Origin: a virus
Virus genome (UHGV): UHGV-1361614
Direction: 5' to 3' (one strand)
Length of the DNA: 60,498 nt
A program made the translations under genes and the position numbers. The notes below the pieces were generated by a model that worked only from the letters and a program-made list of their open reading frames with translations, made no database searches and had not been told where the DNA came from. Shown piece after piece: positions 18,607 through 28,057 of this stretch (its first letter is position 1; every line of letters begins with the position of its first letter).

Positions 18607-20523
18607 TTATCCCTCCACTTTTAATTTTGTATTATCGTTTACAACTAACATAATCAGCTGACCGTTAACCATATTAGAACCCTTTTTCTGGTTTTCAGAA
18701 TCCAAGGATTCACAGTCATCCACCCAGATTGGAACTGATATTCCGGCAATTTCCTGTACACTCTGGCAAATATCAACTCTACCCAAGATCCGATTTCCCT
18801 TGTTGCTAATCGTTGTAAGGATAGATTTTCCGTCAACCATAGGTACGCAGGTTGATTTATAGTTGCCATTTTTTGCAGTTTCAAATAATTGCCACTGTAC
18901 CAGCTTGAACCTCTGGTTAATTTGGTCTGAAAGTTCTTCATTCTTAGCTTTCTCCAATTCAGTAAGCAGATAGAGGACTTTTTCTGCATCAGCCTGCTGC
19001 TGCACCATGTCAGTTCTCTTTTCTTTTAACCCTTCCAGGCGCTTTTCTTCGGCTTCCGTATTTGCCATGAGGATTTTTGATTCACAGCCAAAAAGTTCTT
19101 CTCTTAGCTCCTGTTCTTCTTCCTTAAGCGCCTTTCGATACTCTGAAGTGTCTTCCATGCTCTTCAGAAGCTTTTCTTTTTCGGCAATCTGTTTTGTGAT
19201 CTCCTGATATTCAGCTGTATCGGATATATCAATCTTTTCAGGAAGTTTTGAAAACTTATCTTCCAATTCTTTTGCCTCTAAAGTCACTGCATCACGCTCA
19301 GCTTTTCGCTCTTCCAAATCTAATCTCAACTGTTCTAAATCTTTTGTTTTTTTCTCTAACTGATCTTTGGTATTATTTCCGTCTGCGGTAATCGAAGCAA
19401 GTAAATCCGCTTTTTCCTTTTCAAAATTGGCAAAAAGTTCTACCTTTTTCTCTTCCGGGTAAAGCTGCTTGCAGTATGGGCAAACAAGCGAGGTTTCATC
19501 CAGTTTCCGTTCATTTTCTTCTTTCCACTCTATACGGATGCCTTCCAGCTTTCCTTTTAACCGATCAATAGCGGCTACAGCCGCAGAAATTTGGGTTTCT
19601 ATAGCATTTATACCTATCTGTAATTCGCCACGATCCGATATCTTTAGCGCAGAAGCGCTCAACAGTTTAGCTCTTTCTTCCACTAATGCCTCGTTTGCTT
19701 TTTTTTCAAGCCCAGACAGTTCCATTTTTAGCTCTAAAACACCGTCTGTCAGCTCATTATAATTCTTATAAAGTTTTTCGCTTTCAAGCTGCTTATCAGC
19801 GTTTTCCTGAATTTTCTGCTTAAGGCAGTTTTTCTGTACTTCCAAATCAGATACGTTCATATCTGACTTGGCTTTAATATCCGCTTCCTTTTCTTTAATC
19901 TGTCCCTCTAATATGGGAAGCTCTTTTTTAATATCAGCTACTTTTTTCTTATTCATAGCCGATAATTCCTCTACAGAATATTTTTCAAGCAGCACTCCCA
20001 ATTCTGCCAGATCTGGATATTTGTTTGTCACAGACGCATCCGGAATGTCTTTGACTGTCTGGAATAAAAACTTGCGGACCTCATCCGGTTTCTGATTAAG
20101 GAATGCATTGATATTGCTTGACATCTTAAAAGCGTTATCAACTTCCAGGTATTCATTAAATGCCGTTTTAGTTTTCGGAACATCATTAATGAAATATTTG
20201 TTATCATCTTTATATGAGCTTCCGTCTTTGATATAGGTACGCTTCTGCACCTTGCGAACTGTAATCTCTCTTCCGTCCATATCCAGAACCAGAGTTACTT
20301 CCACATCACCGTCTACCGGTGATCCATTTACCTCACGCCTAACAACTGGATTACTCCTCATTTTATAATCGCAGTCAAACAGACACCATGTATATGCGCT
20401 TGCAATGCTGGACTTGCCCCTCCCATTTGCCCCTGAAATGACGGTCTTATCATGGAAATCAAAGCCCTGCTCTTCATAACACATGAAGTTTTTGAGGTGC
20501 ATGCTTAAGAGTTTAATCCTCAT
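18607..20523 (-). CDS. SbcC/Rad50-like SMC-family ATPase
   Basis: 638 aa; N-terminal Walker A GANGRGKSS; long coiled-coil middle; C-terminal signature / Walker B. Confidence 0.7.
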   Translation of the reverse strand: MRIKLLSMHLKNFMCYEEQGFDFHDKTVISGANGRGKSSIASAYTWCLFDCDYKMRSNPVVRREVNGSPVDGDVEVTLVLDMDGREITVRKVQKRTYIKDGSSYKDDNKYFINDVPKTKTAFNEYLEVDNAFKMSSNINAFLNQKPDEVRKFLFQTVKDIPDASVTNKYPDLAELGVLLEKYSVEELSAMNKKKVADIKKELPILEGQIKEKEADIKAKSDMNVSDLEVQKNCLKQKIQENADKQLESEKLYKNYNELTDGVLELKMELSGLEKKANEALVEERAKLLSASALKISDRGELQIGINAIETQISAAVAAIDRLKGKLEGIRIEWKEENERKLDETSLVCPYCKQLYPEEKKVELFANFEKEKADLLASITADGNNTKDQLEKKTKDLEQLRLDLEERKAERDAVTLEAKELEDKFSKLPEKIDISDTAEYQEITKQIAEKEKLLKSMEDTSEYRKALKEEEQELREELFGCESKILMANTEAEEKRLEGLKEKRTDMVQQQADAEKVLYLLTELEKAKNEELSDQINQRFKLVQWQLFETAKNGNYKSTCVPMVDGKSILTTISNKGNRILGRVDICQSVQEIAGISVPIWVDDCESLDSENQKKGSNMVNGQLIMLVVNDNTKLKVEG

Positions 20524-20698
20524 TCGTCTTTACCGCCTTTCTTTCAACTCCCAGAATAGCCCTCACGACTTCATCTGAGATATAACCGCAGGTTTCAAAA
20601 ACTTCTTTAAGGACATTAAGCCTAGCTTGTTTGTCAGCTAATACTTCATACTCAGATTTAGTAAGCAGAACGGTTCTGCTATTTTTGTTTTCATCCAT
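20513..20698 (-). CDS. hypothetical protein
   Basis: 61-aa ORF co-oriented with the operon. Confidence 0.35.
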   Translation of the reverse strand: MDENKNSRTVLLTKSEYEVLADKQARLNVLKEVFETCGYISDEVVRAILGVERKAVKTNED

Positions 20699-21001
20699 CT
20701 ATCCCTGTCTCCTCGCTCTTTTAAATTTGTCCACGATTTTTCTTTTATTCGTGACCTTGTTAATGAGTTTCAAATAAAACTCTTTTTCTTCCACCAGCAT
20801 CCATTCACTGGCGTTTAAATAGGCTGCTGAAACAGCTTCTTTCTGCGACCGGGTTAATTTCTTCGGCTGCTTCATTTTTTATGTCTCCAGGTTTTCCATG
20901 CTGTGTAAAACAGCCAAACAACCGCTGCCACAAATTCAGCTTCGACCGTTGTTATTACTCCGGCCCAAAATGGATCAATATACACTATTTGGTCTCCTTT
21001 C

Positions 21002-21223
21002 TCACTTAATCAGCACCCACGCTGCCAGTGCTGCTCCTGCCAGTATCAATCCCATTGATACCATGATTAAATCTACAACCAGGTATGCCATTGATACCCA
21101 ATCCACCTTTCTCTTGCTTTTTTCAGCCTTAATTGCCACGTAGCTTACGCCAAGCGGGCAATCATGATTTTTCATCTTTGCCATTTTTCCAATACCTTTC
21201 TTGTGATATAATCTCCTTATCAT
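21002..21223 (-). CDS. small membrane protein
   Basis: 73 aa with a C-terminal hydrophobic helix. Confidence 0.35.
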   Translation of the reverse strand: MIRRLYHKKGIGKMAKMKNHDCPLGVSYVAIKAEKSKRKVDWVSMAYLVVDLIMVSMGLILAGAALAAWVLIK

Positions 21224-21244
21224 TTAACAAGGAGGTGAATTAAA

Positions 21245-21472
21245 ATGTTTATTAAAATCAGAATTTCTTGCCCTTGCCATTGCTCATATATCGTGAATGA
21301 GAATATCAATTCCGACAAAGTTGTTTGCCCCAACTGTGGAAGTGAATATCCTTACTCCGAAAAATTAGCATCTATGCTCAGATTGGCAAAAGAGATACCT
21401 GAAGGTGAGTGTCTTTCAGAACATTCCGTTCGGGTTATTTCTCTTTCGGAAGATATGAACAGCCGTCAATAA
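21245..21472 (+). CDS. small zinc-ribbon protein
   Basis: Strong RBS AAGGAGGTG 7 nt before ATG; CPCHC ... CPNCGSEYPY; a rare plus-strand gene in this block. Confidence 0.5.
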   Translation: MFIKIRISCPCHCSYIVNENINSDKVVCPNCGSEYPYSEKLASMLRLAKEIPEGECLSEHSVRVISLSEDMNSRQ

Positions 21473-21656
21473 CTAACTTCATATATTCCAGAAACCCTTT
21501 AGCAACCGTAGCGGTCAGATTATTTTCAGCAATTAGCATTTTTACATTCTTTTCTAATTCTGATGCTTGCTGACCGTTACATTGCCGGTAATAGGAATAA
21601 TGTTTTCCTTCATACGTCTTTTCAAGTTCATCTGCTGTTAATGCATATGGAGACAT
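21435..21656 (-). CDS. hypothetical protein
   Basis: 73-aa ORF. Confidence 0.35.
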   Translation of the reverse strand: MSPYALTADELEKTYEGKHYSYYRQCNGQQASELEKNVKMLIAENNLTATVAKGFLEYMKLVIDGCSYLPKEK

Positions 21657-21828
21657 ATTTTTTCACCCTCTTTCTACTTCAACGTCAAAAACAAAACAGT
21701 CAATATACCTGCAATAAAACCTAATACGGTAACAATGTCATTATCATTCTTCATATGTATTCAATACTTCCTTTCCTATGCTGTTTTCTCACAGCCACTC
21801 AGCATTATCTGTCATTGTTCCCTTTCTA

Positions 21829-22005
21829 TTCCTGTTGCCAGCTCATCAATAATTTTATAAAGTAGCTGCTTTTTTCTTCTGGAAGTTCATGTCTTAAAAT
21901 CCTTGAAAAAGCTGTTTCATGTGCATACCCCAAATACTCTGAAATTTCCCATAAATTAACTCTTTTTTGCTTCGCATACGCTCTAATATCCAAATTTTTC
22001 ATACA
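21829..22005 (-). CDS. small XRE-like HTH protein (58 aa)
   Basis: Own translation of the minus strand; NLWEISEYLGYAHETAFSRILR HTH; under 60 aa so absent from the track. Confidence 0.35.
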
Positions 22006-22008
22006 CCT

Positions 22009-22785
22009 TCACCCTCTTTCCGTTTCTTCCTCTGCATCAGCTTCCCGAACATTTCCAACAAACTTATTGACAAAGTAAATCTGGCCTTTGCCTGTGACTT
22101 TTGTTGTCCGGGTTATTCGTACTGATCCGTCTGGGTTCTGTACATTGCTTTCCTTGACCTCAAACAAGCCCAGTTCTACATACCTTTGCATTGGCATATT
22201 TTTTGAGCTTCCGCCCTTTACCAGATACCCGTTTTCCCGCAGCCACTCAAATAATCTTTTCTGCCCTATCTGGTATCCGTTTTGACAAATCAGCTTTGCC
22301 AAGTCACCAACAAGAATTGACGTATGACTTGTACTTACTGCATCAGCAAAAATCGTCTTAGGCTTATCTGCTTCAATTTTCTGTTCCAGAAGTCGGTTGT
22401 TATGCTTTAAATCTTCAATCTGCTGGTCTGCGATTTTCAGGGCTCTTGCCATAACCTGTTCAGGCGTGTTCCAGGCTTTCTCCAAGTCTAAGAAATACTC
22501 ACGGTACCGCTTACCTTTTTCGCTGCGCTGGATCATGCAGATCTGCTTTGCCATATCTACTGAAATCTGATAGTCTACAATCTCTCTTCTTACTTCACGA
22601 TTGCCCTCCATTTGAACTCGCTCATTTTTGAGCATGTTGAAATCTTTGCCTGTTTCAAATCCATACTCTGCCATTCTTGGGAACCAGTCCTTAAAAGCAG
22701 TTTTAATTTCTAATCCCTCATGGAGATCTCTTGCAGATACAGTCGGAGCATCCGTTCCATACGTAACCTTAATCAGTTCTTCCAT
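22009..22785 (-). CDS. phage antirepressor (AntA-like N-terminal domain plus KilAC C-terminal domain)
   Basis: 258 aa; first gene downstream of the Cro-like gene. Confidence 0.7.
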   Translation of the reverse strand: MEELIKVTYGTDAPTVSARDLHEGLEIKTAFKDWFPRMAEYGFETGKDFNMLKNERVQMEGNREVRREIVDYQISVDMAKQICMIQRSEKGKRYREYFLDLEKAWNTPEQVMARALKIADQQIEDLKHNNRLLEQKIEADKPKTIFADAVSTSHTSILVGDLAKLICQNGYQIGQKRLFEWLRENGYLVKGGSSKNMPMQRYVELGLFEVKESNVQNPDGSVRITRTTKVTGKGQIYFVNKFVGNVREADAEEETERG

Positions 22786-22794
22786 GCTTTCTCC

Positions 22795-23073
22795 TTATTC
22801 AATGAAGTATCCAATATCAACACCAAAGTAATTTGCTATCTTTATTAATTTATCTGTCTTTGGCATCGATTTTCCTGATTTCCAATCAGAAAATGTGCTT
22901 CTGGCTAACCCCAACTCCTCTGATAGCTTGTAAAACGTAACGTTTCTAGCCTTCGCAAGAGCATCCAGTTTCAAAAAGCTTTCCTTTCTTTTATTTTGGC
23001 TCAATATATCACTTCCTTTCTTGACTTTAGTTAAGATTTCCGTTATAATAGTTCCACCAAATGGCATCTTCAA
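22795..23073 (-). CDS. Cro-like XRE-family HTH repressor
   Basis: HTH KLSEELGLARSTFSDWKSGKSMP; divergent from the CI-like gene across a 530-bp control region. Confidence 0.7.
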   Translation of the reverse strand: MKMPFGGTIITEILTKVKKGSDILSQNKRKESFLKLDALAKARNVTFYKLSEELGLARSTFSDWKSGKSMPKTDKLIKIANYFGVDIGYFIE

Positions 23074-23226
23074 GCTTAAGGAGGGATATCTCTTGAAGGC
23101 GGTTTTGAATTTGCTGTTCCGTTTTTGTAAGGTTGCAATCGTGGTTCCAACGCACGTAAAACCGGAGTAAAATGTAGCAATCGGTATAGCGTAGCTTGAG
23201 CTGATTAGCTCGTTAAAAACATGTGC

Positions 23227-23260
23227 TTGACATTGCGGTATATTGTCACACTATACTGGA
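23227..23260 (+). promoter_or_regulatory. sigma-A-like promoter facing the CI-like gene
   Basis: TTGACA, 17-bp spacer, then TATACT. Confidence 0.4.
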
Positions 23261-23643
23261 TACTCCTTGCAATCCACCAACTAATGGCAACTATTTTGCT
23301 GAACCAAAACTGCATAAGTGGTGGAGTGTTTGAAGAAATATTGTTGTCGTGCAATATGTTGAAAAACTGCAAAACACAAACGGTAAAAAAATTGGGGCAA
23401 AAGCTGTTAGTGACGACACACTAGCAGTTTTTTGCTTTATTACGTTTGAAAATCCTAACTATATCTTGATTTAAGTTAGGAAAGTGTGTATACTATGAAT
23501 TGTCCAGAAACATATTATACAGTTTTTATATTTTTGTTTTTTAAAGTTGAGATTTCCTAACTTGTTTCTAGTATACGTTAGGAGGTCTTGTTTGTCAACC
23601 CAAAAAGTTGAGAAATTACAACTTTTTAAATGGAGGCCTTATT

Positions 23644-23979
23644 ATGTACGAAAGATATTGCAAATTAAGAGATTTAAAAGAGCTAACCGATGCTCAGGTA
23701 TCTAAATATTGTGGCTTGGAAAAAAGCACCTTTACCGACTGGAAGAAAGGTAAAAGTATCCCAAAGCTTCCGAAAATAATAAAAATAGCAGAATGCTTAG
23801 ATTGCTCTATTGATTATTTAGCTACAGGAAAAGAAAAGTCATATCCTGAGCTGGCAGACTTACTCATAAATATTCGTAACGATAAAGCTTTAATATACGC
23901 ATTAGGAAAGTATTTTAAATTAACAGAAGAAAATAAAGAGCACGTCCTTAATACAATTGACGTGCTTAGTGAGGTGTAA
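23644..23979 (+). CDS. CI-like XRE-family HTH repressor
   Basis: Start chosen at MYERYC with a GGAGG RBS; HTH LTDAQVSKYCGLEKSTFTDWKKGKSIP. Confidence 0.7.
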   Translation: MYERYCKLRDLKELTDAQVSKYCGLEKSTFTDWKKGKSIPKLPKIIKIAECLDCSIDYLATGKEKSYPELADLLINIRNDKALIYALGKYFKLTEENKEHVLNTIDVLSEV

Positions 23980-23981
23980 TT

Positions 23982-24188
23982 ATGAGTTGTATATCTAAGA
24001 AATTTGCAGGATTTTGTCCTACTCAACAGAAAGAATACTCTGTTTTAGTAGAATATTATGGTGACGGTATTCTGGAAGAAAAAGAAACTTTTTCCAGAGG
24101 TCGCCTTGAATGTAGTTATCAAAAAGGCTATGGATGTCCACAGGCAAATAAATGTCCTATTATGGCAAAAGCGCCATATAAATTATAG
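23982..24188 (+). CDS. hypothetical Cys-containing small protein
   Basis: 68 aa; starts 3 bp after the CI-like stop. Confidence 0.4.
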   Translation: MSCISKKFAGFCPTQQKEYSVLVEYYGDGILEEKETFSRGRLECSYQKGYGCPQANKCPIMAKAPYKL

Positions 24189-24191
24189 CAG

Positions 24192-24464
24192 TTAGCTTTC
24201 ACTACCAAGCAATTCGCTTTCATTTCCATAATCGTCCTTAAGCGTTATCTTCAATTCTCCGTAGCCTTTGTGCCGTAAAATACCCAAGCAGTCCACGCTC
24301 ATGTTCATGGCATTAAGGTCTACGGTCAATGTGGGGATACCAGGCGCATCTTGTTTCAGTTCAAAACTTCTTACCCCCTTCAACTTTACACCATCAATGA
24401 ATATTTCCGTATATCCATCTTTGACATTTGACTTAATTTCTATATTAGGGTAATTGTCCATCAT
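24192..24464 (-). CDS. hypothetical protein
   Basis: 90-aa ORF at the distal end of the late operon. Confidence 0.4.
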   Translation of the reverse strand: MMDNYPNIEIKSNVKDGYTEIFIDGVKLKGVRSFELKQDAPGIPTLTVDLNAMNMSVDCLGILRHKGYGELKITLKDDYGNESELLGSES

Positions 24465-24636
24465 TATAATCCTCCTTAATAATATCTTCTACAATTTTGA
24501 AAATATAAATGAGAATATCTTTTCTGTTTACGTTTTTTACCATTTCAATAATTTTCTTCCGATACTCTTCTTTTTCATCCACTAAAAGTCCCTCCAATTC
24601 ATCCAATCCACACGAACTATGTAGCGATAACCGCAT
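24445..24636 (-). CDS. hypothetical protein
   Basis: 63-aa ORF. Confidence 0.35.
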   Translation of the reverse strand: MRLSLHSSCGLDELEGLLVDEKEEYRKKIIEMVKNVNRKDILIYIFKIVEDIIKEDYNDGQLP

Positions 24637-24921
24637 TATAGAACATATGTTCTGTTATGTCAAGATAGCATCGGGGACACCGATACAAAATCAATGCCCC
24701 CAAGCCAGAAGTTGATTGCCCATTTTACTGGACAATTCTAGTATATGCACTTAGCAGGAGAAATATTACTGCTTTAAATCATTTTTCCAAAGCTTTCAAA
24801 ATTTCCTGTTTTTCTTCAATAGTAAGCTTGGAATATCCGGAAATAATCTTAACCGGATCATATCCTCTTTCTTTCTGCTTTTTCATTGCTAATACAATAA
24901 TTCTTTTCTGTACTTCTGTCA

Positions 24922-25287
24922 TCATTCTACAGCACCCCCGATCACGTCAGACAAAGCAATTGTCAAATCATCATTCGTAGATTGTAAATCAGTGGTAATT
25001 TGTTTTAAGGTTGCATTATCGCTAGTAAGTTGATTTATTTTCTCTTCCTCGGAAGGAATATACTCTGCTGGTTCTTCTGAACCATCTAACCCGACCATGT
25101 AGTATATGCTATTTTTCTTCTTGTCACCAGCAGATACCAACCATTTATATTCTTCTGCCGCCGCATTGTCTCCATACACTGCTCTTGTAATTTTATTCGC
25201 ATCTTCATAATTCATAAACATGGCAATGTTTCTTACAATTCCATCACCATCAAGCATAATGTACGGTCTTGATAATTCTCTTTTCAT
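24922..25287 (-). CDS. hypothetical tail-fibre-associated protein
   Basis: 121 aa; immediately downstream of the Gly-rich fibre gene. Confidence 0.4.
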   Translation of the reverse strand: MKRELSRPYIMLDGDGIVRNIAMFMNYEDANKITRAVYGDNAAAEEYKWLVSAGDKKKNSIYYMVGLDGSEEPAEYIPSEEEKINQLTSDNATLKQITTDLQSTNDDLTIALSDVIGGAVE

Positions 25288-25296
25288 GCTGTCTCC

Positions 25297-26613
25297 TTAA
25301 TATAATATAACAATAATTATGCCTGACCCTCCAGCGCCACCGGCGCCGCCTGTATAGTCATAGCCGCCACCGCCTCCACCTCCGCCAGAGCCGGAGTTCA
25401 CAGCAGCGTCACGCCCAGCTTCTGCATAAGCATAATCATAGCCCTCTGACCCGCTACCACCTATTCTGTAACATCCGCGTCCACCATTTCCACCGCCGTA
25501 ATCTCCGCCGGTGCCTCCATATCTAGGGGTTCGTCCTCCGGTTCCTTCTCCACCACTGGCGCCACCGCCAGAGTATGCAGTACCCGTGTCTTCTCCGAAT
25601 GCTTTTGTAGTTCTTCCTTGACCAGATCCTGGGTTTCCCCCGCCATCTCCGCCGTTGGTTCCGCCATTATATCCACCATTATCATCATACGAATATGAGC
25701 CGCCGCCTGAGCCGCCTTTTCCGGTTCCGAAGTTCGCTCTGCTGCTATGCCCGTATGCTCCACCATTAGCACTGCATAGCTTTTCCCCGTTTCTTGCGAC
25801 ATAACTTTCTCCGCCATTAGTGCCAGATCCAGCAACGCCTCCGTTACCTACAATACAGTTAAGCACAGCTCCCACTTTTACTGCTATGCCTTTAACCGTG
25901 CTAGTATATCCGCCGCCGCCTCCGCCTGCGCCATAGGTGCTAGTTCTGTCGTCCTCTTCGCCCCAGCCACCACTTCCGCCGCCGCCAACGCAAAATATAT
26001 CCGCAAAATTATATCCAGATGGAATTTCAATATCCTGACTATATTTTATTATCTTAGTAAGCGGCTCGCTAGTAGCACATTCATCTGTAAGAGTATTTCC
26101 TTGCAAATCTCCAAGAGTGCTTGTGGCGTATGCAGTACATTTAAAATAATACTTGGTATTAAGGTTTGGCATTGCAAATATTGCTTGCGACCAACCACCA
26201 GAGTTTTTGTTATCTCCATATCCAGTATGAAGCCATGTCCACGGACCATCAGGTCCATTAGTGCTATAGCTAATAATAACTCCAGAAAACGGCCTTCCTG
26301 CCGCAGCATAAGGATTTTGCCATTTTAGCAAAACCTGCCGTCCGCTATATGCTGCCGCACTAAAATTTAAAATGCTTCCAGCTCTAAATTTTCCAGTAAG
26401 TTTCGTATGTAAGTCTGTATTATAAAAAGTCCTGCCTTCATAGACATATTCAGCTGTGGCTGTTCCTGTCAATTCCAGAGTGCCTTCCATAGCTTCATCA
26501 TCTGAGCCATTAAATACAGCTGTTTTTCCTTTCGGTATATCGTTTATTGTAGCTGTGCATTCGTCCGAAATGCCAACAGATCCTCCACTGCCAGTCATCA
26601 AAACTCGTCCCAT
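25297..26613 (-). CDS. glycine-rich tail fibre-like protein
   Basis: 438 aa; N-terminal beta-rich domain then a long GGxGG / G-rich C-terminal half. Confidence 0.55.
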   Translation of the reverse strand: MGRVLMTGSGGSVGISDECTATINDIPKGKTAVFNGSDDEAMEGTLELTGTATAEYVYEGRTFYNTDLHTKLTGKFRAGSILNFSAAAYSGRQVLLKWQNPYAAAGRPFSGVIISYSTNGPDGPWTWLHTGYGDNKNSGGWSQAIFAMPNLNTKYYFKCTAYATSTLGDLQGNTLTDECATSEPLTKIIKYSQDIEIPSGYNFADIFCVGGGGSGGWGEEDDRTSTYGAGGGGGGYTSTVKGIAVKVGAVLNCIVGNGGVAGSGTNGGESYVARNGEKLCSANGGAYGHSSRANFGTGKGGSGGGSYSYDDNGGYNGGTNGGDGGGNPGSGQGRTTKAFGEDTGTAYSGGGASGGEGTGGRTPRYGGTGGDYGGGNGGRGCYRIGGSGSEGYDYAYAEAGRDAAVNSGSGGGGGGGGYDYTGGAGGAGGSGIIIVILY

Positions 26614-26614
26614 T

Positions 26615-27073
26615 TTATACTCCTTTCAAGCCTACAATGATATCTGTTTCTGGTTTTTTGTAAACTTTGAAAATTATGCTCCCATTCACTGTCTTTGCAG
26701 TTCCAGAAGCAACTCTCCCAAAGGCTTTCCCATACGCCTTTTGTACGTCCGGACTTGCCCCATCCTCTAACAAGCTTACCAATATAGGCTCATCATCTGC
26801 TCTTATCCCAGAAACATTTACCGTTTGAACGTATGGAGCCGAAGATCCGGTCCATCCTACAGCAGTTAACGTGACCTCTGCAATATGGTTCAATTGATTT
26901 ATATTTTTATTGGTTTTATTGATGTCGTTTGCACCGAATGTATCTCCTACCTGAGAATAATTTGTCTTATCTACCAGGGAAATAGTTCCGTCTGAATTTG
27001 ATGTTTGAGAATATTTTCTACTTGTTCCAGAGGCTATAATATCATCCTTGTAATTTGTTTTAAGTGTTTCCAT
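26615..27073 (-). CDS. hypothetical tail protein
   Basis: 152 aa, S/T/N-rich. Confidence 0.4.
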   Translation of the reverse strand: METLKTNYKDDIIASGTSRKYSQTSNSDGTISLVDKTNYSQVGDTFGANDINKTNKNINQLNHIAEVTLTAVGWTGSSAPYVQTVNVSGIRADDEPILVSLLEDGASPDVQKAYGKAFGRVASGTAKTVNGSIIFKVYKKPETDIIVGLKGV

Positions 27074-27483
27074 CAGGTTTTTACTCCTTTCATGTTACCT
27101 AGGCGGAAAGAAAGTTTTGGAAGCCCTGCTTTCTGTCTTCCTAGCAACTCATATATTTTTAAAATTGCTGACTCAATCCTGTTTAATTCTCCATATTGGA
27201 TAAATGGACCATTGTCATAAAATCTCTGAGCAATTCCAAAATCTTGTGTGAATACGTTCTGGTTGAGTATTTTAAGATTGTCCTCAAACAGATTAAATTC
27301 ATCAGCATAAAAATAATCCGCATAATCACCTTTATCATTTCCCATGTCATTAAAATCAAAAGGCAAATAAAGATTTTCTGCATATTCGTGCAGATACTCC
27401 AAATTGTTTTTTATCCTGTTGTAATCAGAAATGTTAAATCGGTCTGTGCTGATCCAATTTGTTTTAGGGGCTATCCATGCCAT
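27073..27483 (-). CDS. hypothetical tail protein
   Basis: 136 aa. Confidence 0.4.
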   Translation of the reverse strand: MAWIAPKTNWISTDRFNISDYNRIKNNLEYLHEYAENLYLPFDFNDMGNDKGDYADYFYADEFNLFEDNLKILNQNVFTQDFGIAQRFYDNGPFIQYGELNRIESAILKIYELLGRQKAGLPKLSFRLGNMKGVKT

Positions 27484-27493
27484 TTTCTCCCTC

Positions 27494-28057
27494 CTAGCTC
27501 GTTCTTATCCACATATAGCAAGTAAAATACGGTTGCAATGTTGATATGTCCTGATTCGTATTGGTTACCTCTCCGTGGTTGTGACCCCAACCGTTTCCAG
27601 CATATTGTGATGACGCGTTGGTTCCCTTGTTCCATCCAGAAAACCATGATCCCAATGTATTCTGAAAGCCATAGTTAGAAGCTGCCGAGTCAAATCCTCC
27701 TGCTATTTCGCTTTTGCTTATTGCTAATAGCTCGTTGTTAAAACCATGATTATGGGATGGCATTTCATTGATTGTTAAAACGTGATCTTGTGTAGCGTGG
27801 GTGTGAGAATATTTATTCGTTTTATATCCTCCGGTTTTTCCTGATTGATTGAATTCATCTTGTTCGGTATCAACGCACACCAGCGTTCTGCCTGGTGCTA
27901 AAAGTTTCCAGCTTCCTCCAAATATGTTCGACGGATTTTCTGGATTAATCGAAAGATATATCGCTCCAACAGGATAAATATCCAGTGCTGTTATCTGCTT
28001 TATCTTTCTTTGTCCTTGTCCCTCATAGCTTGCGTTATTTTGCCTTGCCATTGTCAA
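27494..28057 (-). CDS. phage tail-collar domain protein (receptor-binding/fibre-related)
   Basis: VGAIYLSINPENPSNIFGGSWKLLAPGRTLVCVD matches the tail-collar-domain signature. Confidence 0.6.
   Translation of the reverse strand: MTMARQNNASYEGQGQRKIKQITALDIYPVGAIYLSINPENPSNIFGGSWKLLAPGRTLVCVDTEQDEFNQSGKTGGYKTNKYSHTHATQDHVLTINEMPSHNHGFNNELLAISKSEIAGGFDSAASNYGFQNTLGSWFSGWNKGTNASSQYAGNGWGHNHGEVTNTNQDISTLQPYFTCYMWIRTS

Noticed and set aside
25461-25835. 124-aa minus-strand ORF nested in the glycine-rich fibre gene, and similar antisense ORFs (2486..3151, 35298..35690, 36639..37133, 45191..45679)
   Set aside because: These are out-of-frame or antisense overlaps of long, confidently coding genes. 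Their composition is dictated by the partner frame.
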